From the NCBI RefSeq assembly GCF_009914755.1, contig NC_060936.1: a stretch of DNA of 64,000 bases; one strand, 5' to 3'. A program made the position numbers and the translations under genes. This stretch comes from the human T2T-CHM13v2.0 reference genome, Homo sapiens. Each line of letters begins with the position of its first letter. Within the stretch, counting starts at the first letter, position 1. Positions 54,653 through 64,000 of the stretch are shown piece after piece. Under the pieces are notes generated by a model that saw nothing but the letters and a program-made list of their open reading frames with translations, did not search any database and had not been told where the DNA came from.

Positions 54653-55407
54653 TTTCACAGGGATATGTTGGTATATTTGAGGAGAGCCCCATACCCACAC
54701 TCTTCCCTTGCCTACCTCCTGTAGAGGCTGAAGTAGCTCCATTAGGGTTCCTAAATCTGATAAAGAAAAATGTGGCTATCTGCAGGGAAGTGGTTTTATA
54801 ATACCGAATTCCAACAAGAAACATATTGGCACGATGAGGCACACTGGCCAGACAATAACAGGGAGCACAGAGGAACAATGAGCATGTGCTTCAGCCAGAA
54901 ACTTTCTAGAAGCAGCAGCAAGGAAGGAGTGGGGCTCCACATGGCCAGTGTCCTCTTCAAAGCTCATCAATCTGTTAGAGTCCCTCCCCTTTCCTAAGGA
55001 GAGGAGCTGGATGGGGGTCAGAGGCTGGGAGCTCAATGCTAATGGTGATTGGACACCCCTAGTAGTTAGATTTACACTTAGGAATTGACCTACATGTGTG
55101 CACTCAAATGAATGTGTCTGGTACAAGTATTCACCAGAAAGGTACTTGCTCCAAATAACTCCTTCTGCAACAGGTACTCATTTTTATTTTTCATCAAAGA
55201 CTGCTATATTTGTTTCAGAAATAGTCCAGTTGCTAACAGTGAGTAGGCATTTGTGTAAGGTTGTAAAAAAGAAATGTTTTGAAATGAATCTCTATTATGA
55301 CTACAGAAAAGACAATCAGATTAATTATGTTCATGGACAGCGTTTTACTGATAATGATTTCCAAAATTGGCTCATCAACAGAGTCACCTTTTTGAAAATA
55401 GAGACCT

Positions 55408-55720
55408 GGATGGGTGCGGTGGCACACCCCTGTAATCCTAGCACTTTGGGAGGCCGAGGCAGGTGTTCGAAACCAGCCTGACCAATATGGTGAAACCCTG
55501 TCTCTATTAAAATTAAAAAAAAAAAAATTAGCCAGGCATGGTGGCGGGCACCTATAATCCCAGCTACTCAGGAGGCTGAGGCAGGAGAATCGCTTGAACC
55601 TGGGAGGCAGAGGGAGGTTGGAGGTTGCAGTGAGCCGAGATTGCACCACTGCACTCCAGCTTGGGCAACAAGAGCGAAACTCTGTCTCAAAAAAAAAAAA
55701 GAAAAGAAAAAAAGGAAGAA
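55408..55720 (+). mobile_element. Alu with left-arm deletion
   Basis: TSD 'aaatagag(a/t)cct'. Confidence 0.95.
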
Positions 55721-56592
55721 AGAAAATAGAGTCCTATGTTCCACTTGGTCAGAATATCCATAAGTGAGGCTGAGGTCGCTAGAGAAATTTTTGAAAAGTG
55801 CCTTAGGAACGCTAGTAATCAGAGTTTGGGACTTATTGGTGCAGACTGTATAGAGGGACATTTAACACTGAAATTTGATTTTGGGTGAAAAAAGTAATTT
55901 TTTTCCCTAAAAACCATAGTCTTGAGTTATTAAAATGTACAAACAGATTTTATTTATTTTATAAGCTTTTCTGACTTTGAAAGTCTTTTCAAATCAGTAA
56001 AATATTTTAGTCTCAGCAAAACTATTATATTCTATACTTTGGCTATTAAGTATTAGCAGACAAGCTGCTGGAAAAGTTAAATCTTTAAAAAGTTTGCAAT
56101 TTGTGCTGCAAATGCTAAACCTATGTTTTTATCTTCCCTATATATACCGATGTTTTTATCCTCCTTCCTGAGAAGGTATGCTGTTTGAACAGACAAAAAT
56201 ACAGATACTGCCTAGCCAACACTAAAAATAGGAACATGTCTGAAATTCACATACTCATATGCCTCCCTGCACTTCCTGTACCCACCTACTGCTTTCTCTA
56301 GTTTCTATCCCTGGCTGCGGAACCAGCCCATCCCTTTCCTAAAGAGGCTTCTCTGTTGCTACATATCAATGCAGAAACCATTGACGTGCTTCTGTGTCAG
56401 CAATAATGCTCTGTCTTTCCTACCTCATTCAAGGATCCCAGGATTCTTTTTGAACAAGAAAGAAAGGTTTATTAGTCCTCCCCACACTTCAATGCGGCAA
56501 GGAGTCAGTATTATTTTGAATGAGGCCCAGAATGAACTCAGCAGATTCATAGAACTGGTCAGAGTGGCAGGTGAATCAAAAGTTGAGTTACA

Positions 56593-57210
<618 letters not shown>

Positions 57211-57386
57211 TCTATTGCTTCATTTATTTATTTATTTATTTTAATTCAAGAAGAAAAATCAGCCTTATGTCTGCCAGTTTCTATTCTATTTAGCAGATTT
57301 CTCTTTGCTTTGTTCTAAATATACATAATTACTTTTTCATTTTCATACTCATTCTGAGAAATCTGAATTAATAATTATTTACTGAG

Positions 57387-57925
57387 TGCAATATCAGCTA
57401 GCTATTGCTGCATAACAAATTTAGCTGGTTAAAACAGCAAGTACTTATTTCACTCATAATTCTGCAGGCTGGTTGTGTAGCTTTTCTCTAGGTTTGCTTT
57501 CCTGTTCTTTGCTGGGCTTGCTTATATTGTCTGTGGTCAGCTGGAGATTTGACTGGAAGCTGGATGGTCTAGGATGGCCTTGCTCACATGTCCGGCCGTT
57601 GGCAGGTTGTTGGTTAGGAGCTGGCTGGCAGGGACACTTCATACTTTCTCCTTTCATCTTTCAGCATGCCAGTTTGGGCTCCTCCACATGGAGATCTCAG
57701 GGTTCTAACCACAGCAAAAGAGAACAAGGCATAATGTGCAAGTCTCTGCTTGCTTCTTATTTGCTAGTCTCATTTTCTAAATCAAGTCACACAGCCAAGC
57801 CCAGACGCAAGGTATGGTGAAATAGAATCTACCTCTTGGTGGGAGGAGCTTCAAATTCACATTTTAAAGAGGTATGCTTACAGAGATGGGAAAAAATTAT
57901 AGTCATTTTTGCAATTCACCACCAG
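57387..57925 (-). mobile_element. MLT1-family LTR
   Basis: 'cagctagctattgctgcataacaaa...ctcataattctgcaggctgg...caagtcacacagccaagcccagac...acctcttggtgggaggagc'. Confidence 0.78.
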
Positions 57926-58038
57926 TACATAGTTTGTATGAAGCTTAACATTTTAGAAATATAGACAAAGCATCCGCCATTGTGTGTGTGTATATATATA
58001 ATATATATATAAATTTATATATATATATATATATGCAC

Positions 58039-58330
58039 TTTTTTTTTTGAGACTGAGTCTCACTCTGTCACCAAGGCTGGAGGGCAGTGGTGTGATTTTG
58101 GCTCACTGCAACCTCCACTTCCCAGGTTCCAGCAATTCTCCTGCCTCAGCCTTCTAAGTAACTGGGATTACAGGCACTCACCACCGCGCCCAGTTAATTT
58201 TTGTATTTTTAGTAGAGACGGGTCTTCACCATATTGGCCAGGCTGGTCTCAAACTCCTGACCTCAAGTGATTCACCCGCCTCAGCCTCCCAAAGTGCTGG
58301 GATTGCAGGCATGCACCACCACGCCTGGCC
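58039..58330 (-). mobile_element. Alu preceded by a (TG)n(TA)n tract (57981-58034)
   Basis: Antisense dimer. Confidence 0.95.
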
Positions 58331-58871
58331 TGGATTGTATATTTTATTTTAGCCTTACCTGCTGATTGAGTTGCAAATCAGGCAAGTCGAAAAAAAAAAA
58401 TCCCATTCGACAACACAAATCCTACTTTTCTTTCATGATTTTAGTTTCAGATTACCTGTAGAACTTGATGCCACACAGAGCAGTTGCAGTTGGACCAAAG
58501 TGTGGTGATTATAGATGGGGTTGGGGTGAGGAAAGGCTGTCCATGGGCTGTGAGAGTAGGCTTCTCAAGTTTTAAGCTTCCATGATGTCACCATGGACTA
58601 AAAGCTTGCAGAAACAAAAGGAAAACAGCAAAAATGCTTTATTTTTCTATAAGAGCAAATAGATCTGGCCTCGCTGGGCAAAAAAACATGTATGCATAAT
58701 TTAGTGAATGGGCATCTTTGGTGACTGATGGAAAAGGGATTTAGCTGAGACTCAATCCCTGGGTGAGAGACAGAGAGTAGTGAGTCAAAACCTCTAGAGA
58801 ACGGTCACAAAGAGAGCTCATTCTCCATGTAATAATGTTTGAGAATCCTTCAGTGTGAGGAAGGTAGTAAT

Positions 58872-59006
58872 TCTTTTTGATTTTTCTGAGACAGGGTCTA
58901 TGTTGCCCAGGCTAATCTCAAACTCCTGGCCTCAAGGAATCCTCCTGCCTCACCCTCCTGAATCACTGGGACTACAGAAAGGTAGTAAGTCTACCACTGT
59001 GCCCAG
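58872..59006 (-). mobile_element. FLAM-like monomer
   Basis: Antisense monomer; 'gtagtaa' at both flanks. Confidence 0.8.
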
Positions 59007-59573
59007 AAAAGTAGTAAGTCTAATAAACCTAGACATTAATGCAGCATGACCCTGTTTTTTACTTTCCTCGTTTATAATGGGGGAGAATCTGGTTGTGCTA
59101 GGGATGTTTTCCCCCTACCTCGTCCCTTTCTCCTCACCCGTGAACAGGTTCTGTGGATCATGATTCTTAGATAATATTCCTCACTTTCCCAAATGGCCTG
59201 CTCATGGTTATCTCTTCCCATAAGGCAATGAAGTGAAAATAGACATTAGCTGTCAGCTGTCAATCATTTTTTATGAAGACCCCCAAGATGAGCACTGAAG
59301 AAATACTCCCCTTTCTGAAATACAGTAATATTCAGCTTTGCTTGGTATCTTCTGAGCCAAAACATGGCTTAAGTGATGAATAAGTAACAGGGTGTTGCCT
59401 GAATTTTCCATATGCCTCACATTTTGGAAAAGCCTAGGAGAAAGGAAATAACTGTTAAAACATAAACATTGAGAGGGAATTTATAGTAATGTGGTTCAGT
59501 GCCCTAAGCTTATAAAGGGGCCTTGGCCACTATTGATTCCAAGTGGAAAAGCAAGACCAAAAAGTTAGGCCCA

Positions 59574-59878
59574 GGACAAGGCATGGTGGCTCACTCCTGT
59601 AATCCCAGCACTTTGGGAGACCAAGGTGGGTGGATCACCTGAGGTCAGGAGATTGAGAGCAGCCTGGTCAACATAGCGAAACCCCATCTCTACTAAAAAT
59701 ACAAAAATTAGCTGGGCGTGGTGGCACATGCTTGTAATCCCAGCTTCTCGGGAGGCTGAGGCAGGAGAATCACATGAACCCGGGATGTGGAGGTTTCAGT
59801 GACTAGAGATCACGCCACTGCAATCCAGCCTGGGCAACAGAGCAAGACTCTGTCTCAAAAAAAAAAAAAAAAAAAAAA
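59574..59878 (+). mobile_element. Alu (AluS)
   Basis: Dimer, polyA; TSD 'aaaagttagg'. Confidence 0.96.
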
Positions 59879-59984
59879 GTTAGGTCTTGGGCCCCTCGGC
59901 CCCTCCTCCACCAGAGCTCTCTTATCTGTTATCTGTTTTACACATTGGGATTTTGCAAAATGTTTCTTGTGATGAAAGTTTCCT

Positions 59985-60130
59985 AATGCTAAGACATCAT
60001 TTTGTAGATGAGGAACTGGAGGCCCAGCAAAATGTGGTGACTTGCTCAAGGTCACAGCAGTTGTCATTTGTTGAGCTGAGGGCGGAACTCAAATCTCAAT
60101 CTCTAGTCCAATGTACTTTGTTCTATAGCA
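59985..60130 (-). mobile_element. MIR
   Basis: 'cattttgtagatgaggaactggaggcccag...gtgacttgctcaaggtcacagc'. Confidence 0.85.
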
Positions 60131-61259
60131 TGCCATGTTCCACTTCTTCATATCTAAGCTGGGCAACTTCCTTTTAGTAGATTCTCACTCACAAGATATT
60201 AAGGATATTGCCAAAATGTATAGCACAAATCAGAAGATGAAAACTGTCATTTCTTTTTTGAATGATTGCTACAATATGATCTGGGTTCTGGCTTAGAGTT
60301 CTTACTTTGCCTCTCACAAGCTGGGTGACATAATATTTTTCTGTTGCTCTTTCCTCCCTATAAAATGGAGACACTGAAGTTCAAGTGAGTTACTGCTCAG
60401 TTTTTTTGTAAGCAAGAAGATAATAAATATGGAACATTGCAGTGATGATTGATTTATTGCTTTAATTGTACACAAAAACCCCACTTAATATTCATGAATT
60501 GTAAAGGCCTTCACTGAAATGAGCACTTCTGGAAAAACTGAATATAATCATCAAAACAGTCACCATTTATCTGGTACATAGCTTGAGTTAATTAGACAAT
60601 GATCAAAGGATTCATGTTCTGCCTGCAAACCACGCACTCAGAGGTGCAATGAGAATTAAGGAATGAGCCTTAAGAAGTCATTCAACCATTCCAAATCTTA
60701 CAAAGCCTGCAGTACTAAAGGAGTACTAGAGAAGAATCCACTGGTTGTCTTTTAAGTGGTAAAGCAACACAAGCACCAAGAACTTCAGTTGGTCCTGAAA
60801 TTCTCTGCTTCCATTTAAGAGCTGCTTCTAAATGTGGCAGCTGACCCACTGTCTAATTAAAATGCCTTCCCAGAACAGCTTCAAATCTGACAAGGGTGAA
60901 TAGTTGCCAAATGGGCTTCTTTCTTTGCTGGATCTGTAGGTAATTTGCCTCCAGCTAACAAGAATTGGCACTAAACACCAAAAATGGGATAATGAAGGCC
61001 TTTGGACACTGGGTAAGGACTGTTCTATGATGCTCAAGTGTGGAATGAGCACTGTAGTGTGAGCCCAGATTATTCTGTCCATAAACTCGGCAACTGCATG
61101 TTGGGCAATTCTATGTTACAAGGTAGCCCGAATGTTACTCAGATGAACAGTACTCTAGTGTATGCAATGGTTTCTAGTTTATTTTGTGATGATGTACAAC
61201 ATCCGGTTTATGTTTCTATTTGTAGATCAAGAAGAAAAAATAACCATGGGGCAAAGGAC

Positions 61260-61400
61260 TAGTGTTGGGAGATTTGTGTTCAGGTTCTGGCCCAGTTATT
61301 GATTCTCTTTTCTGGATTAAACTTTGGGCTCCTGTTTCCTTGTCTGTGAAATAAATGGTGGGAGACAAAGATAAATTAAGGATTTCTAAAGTATGTTTCC
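61260..61400 (+). mobile_element. MIR/MIR3
   Basis: 'tttgtgttcaggttctggccc...ttgggctcctgtttccttgtctgtgaaat'. Confidence 0.6.
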
Positions 61401-61518
61401 AGTTCCAACAGCTTCTTATTTTATAGCTAAAGGTAGTAAGAACCAACAACTTTCACTCTTTGGATTAAAGTGCTCTATGCATCAAATCCCAGTGGGTTTT
61501 AAAATTATACTGAATCTA

Positions 61519-61815
61519 GGCCAGGCACAGTGGCTCATGTTTGTAATCCCAGCACTTAAGGAGGCCGAAGTGAGAGAATTGGTTGAGGCCAGGAATTCGA
61601 GACAAGTCTGGGCAACAAAGTGAGATCCCATCTCTACAAAAAATTAAAAAATTAGCCAGACTGGTGGGCTCCCTTAGCCTCAGCTACTTGGGAGGCTGAG
61701 GTGGGAGATTGCTTGAACCTGAGAGGCGGAGGCTGCAGTGAGCCAAGATCACATCACTGCACTCCAGCCTGGGTGACAGAGCGAGACTCCACCACACACA
61801 CACACACACACACAC
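61519..61815 (+). mobile_element. Alu (AluJ-like) with (CA)n tail
   Basis: Dimer ending in a (CA)n run. Confidence 0.93.
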
Positions 61816-62255
61816 AAAATCAGCAAACTTTGAGTAAAGCAGATTCCCCCTCCATTCCCTCTATTATGTCAGTGGGCCTCATCCAATCAGTGGAAAGGCC
61901 TTAGTAGAAAAAGACTGCGGTCTCTCGAGGAAGAAGGGAATCTGCTGCTAGACTGCATTCGGACTCGCAACTGCAACAACTCTTTCCTAGGTCTCCAGCC
62001 TGTCAGCCTACCCTGCAGATTTTGGATTTTCTAGCCTCCACAATTGTGTGAGCCAATTTCTTAAAATAGATCTCTCTCCATCTCTTTCTCTCTCTCTCTC
62101 TCTTTCTCTCTCTCTATATATATAAAATATGAGGAACCTAATAAAAATATATTCTATATATAGTTAAGGAACTTGTTCATTAAATACATGTATTATATAC
62201 TAGAGAGAGATTTATTTTAATGAATTGGCTCACACAATTATGGAGAAACCAACAT
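61816..62255 (+). mobile_element. MLT2 (ERVL) LTR fragment
   Basis: 'gagtaaagcagatt...gtgggcctcatccaatcagtggaaaggcctt...ccctgcagattttgga...gtgagccaatttcttaaaata' followed by (CT)n(TA)n. Confidence 0.85.
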
Positions 62256-62256
62256 G

Positions 62257-62410
62257 ATGTGTGTGTGTGTGTGTATATTTATATATAGGTTTTAGGTTGT
62301 GTACTATATATATCATATATAGTATGTGTATATATATATAATGTGTATATATTATATATACTATGTTGTGTATACATACTCTATGTAATATATACCATAT
62401 ATATGTGTCA
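62257..62410. repeat. (TG)n/(TA)n low-complexity tract
   Basis: Direct inspection. Confidence 0.85.
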
Positions 62411-62429
62411 TGTAAACATGGATTCTCTT

Positions 62430-62560
62430 TTTCTCCCAACACAACCTCAGGAGGTAGATATGAGGAAACTGTGGTTCACAGAGGTTAAGGAGCTTGTCCA
62501 AGTGTACATAGCTAGCAAGAGGTAGATGCAAAATTGTAAGAACCACGCTGTCTCCATAAC
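62430..62560 (-). mobile_element. MIR
   Basis: 'acaacctcaggaggtag...atgaggaaactgtggttcacagaggttaaggagcttgtccaag'. Confidence 0.85.
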
Positions 62561-63719
62561 GCATGTGAAGACTCTTAGTTTATGCCCAGAAGAGGGAAGC
62601 TGCTCAATATTAATTCTCTTCCGTTTTCCTCTTCCACTGCCTTTTGTCTGATTACTCAGCTGTTTCTGCTAATGTCAGAGCCAGTGAAAGCCACGAAGTG
62701 TCGTACCATTCAATTTATAGCTCTCGTGCCATCAGGAATCTGCTCCAAGGTGATTCATGCTGTGACATTCTAGCCAGAAACTGAATCTGAAAGCAGCAAC
62801 TAACTGTTCCACCACAGGATCTTGGGTTGCCTCAGTTTTCACGCCTACTAGTGGTCAGTTATGGGAGTGTGGTGACCCACTGAACACAGCCGCAGTCTAC
62901 ACTGCTGAATTCATACCCAGAGCCAACCACAGGCCTGTGCGTTGGAATGCACACCTCATTGTCTCCACTTTCATGGTGTAATTTAGAAGTGAGAAGGGAG
63001 AGTGGGTAGTGGTCTGAACCTTCCTTTCTGGCTTGGTGCTGCTCAGAGAGCAAGCTGTCTTTCTCATTTGGTAGTCTTGGTTTGGAAGCCGTAAGTGAAA
63101 CAAGAACCATCCACTCTCTGTTTCTTCTCTCTTCTCCTTTGAAACCACGAAAGAGATCTGTTCCATTAGCACAAAGAATGCATTTATGCATTTTAAGTGG
63201 TTCTTTGGCAAACCAGAGGGCTGTTCTATGACAGGCTACAGACATTGTCTGTAGCTATTCATCAGATTGATAGGTGTCCTTATAATATCGATATCCCCAA
63301 ATGTAACTTCATCTCCTTGTAAATTCATCGCAGTGGGGATGCTAATGTTGGCACCAAGCTATTCTATAATTTTAAGGGAAGAGGTTTTGAGAGTCCTCTG
63401 CAGTTGGCATAACACATGTTATATCCATGCTTGGATTTTGATATACTGAAATAATTTAAAATTTGAGATAATTCTACAAAGACTGGTTTATTTCAAGTTG
63501 ATTACTTCCCGACTTCCAGTATGTAACATAGGCACCATTATCTTTTTAATTAAGCTGTTGCTGTAAAGCATATTTTAAAAAGGCCATTTAAAACTTTAAG
63601 ACTGTATTATACATTTTTATGGTCTGATGCAATGAACAATGTTTGGCATCTGTTATATTGTATCTACAAACACAGTGTATAGCATGGGACAAAGTTACAA
63701 ACATTGGAGCTTTAACTCC

Positions 63720-64000
63720 TTTCCCGTCTCCTGTCCCTCCATTCTTCCTAAATGATACCAAATTCTTTTCTGGTCCACAAACACGTCATTCTCTTTCATG
63801 TCTTGCATGTGCTGTCTCCTTGGTCTACAACGATCCTTCCATCCTTCATCCCCCTCCTCCTACTACACTTCACAAATTGCTGTTCACCCTTTGACACTCA
63901 GATTAAATGTCACCTCCCTCAGGAAGCCTCTTATGATTTCCTATGCTACTTCCTTGGAGCTTAATATCTATTTCCTATAATTTTCCAAAGGCATATAAAT
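63720..64000 (+). mobile_element. L2 fragment
   Basis: 'tcttgcatgtgctgtctccttggtctacaac...ccctttgacactcagattaaatgtcacctccctcaggaagcct'. Confidence 0.75.

Overview
Primate (human-like) nuclear DNA, apparently intergenic or deep-intronic. I can support no intact protein-coding exon. The window is dominated by interspersed repeats: about 55 Alu/FLAM/FRAM copies, MIR, L2, old L1, solo LTRs (LTR8, LTR9, MER4, MER21, MST, MLT1, MLT2) and DNA-transposon relics (MER44, MER102, MER30, Tigger2a). It holds four retrocopies: a 5'-truncated PCGF1 processed pseudogene (about 16.76-17.26 kb), a full-length RTN4IP1 processed pseudogene with target-site duplication (TSD) inside an old L1 (41090-42580), a U6 snRNA pseudogene (43502-43607) and an RPL14 3' fragment (about 47.69-47.89 kb). 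The most unusual structure is a ~5 kb almost purely AT array (21614-26570). It contains an internal inverted block (PATRR-like quasi-palindrome) and two higher-order sub-arrays, and it sits in the tail position of a FLAM monomer. Other leads are an Alu-donated ATG in frame with the PCGF1 RAWUL region, a CpG-retaining 5' end on the RTN4IP1 copy, and a possible U6-headed chimeric insertion. Gene and repeat-family names come from my recall of consensus sequences, not from a database search. Boundaries of old repeats are approximate.
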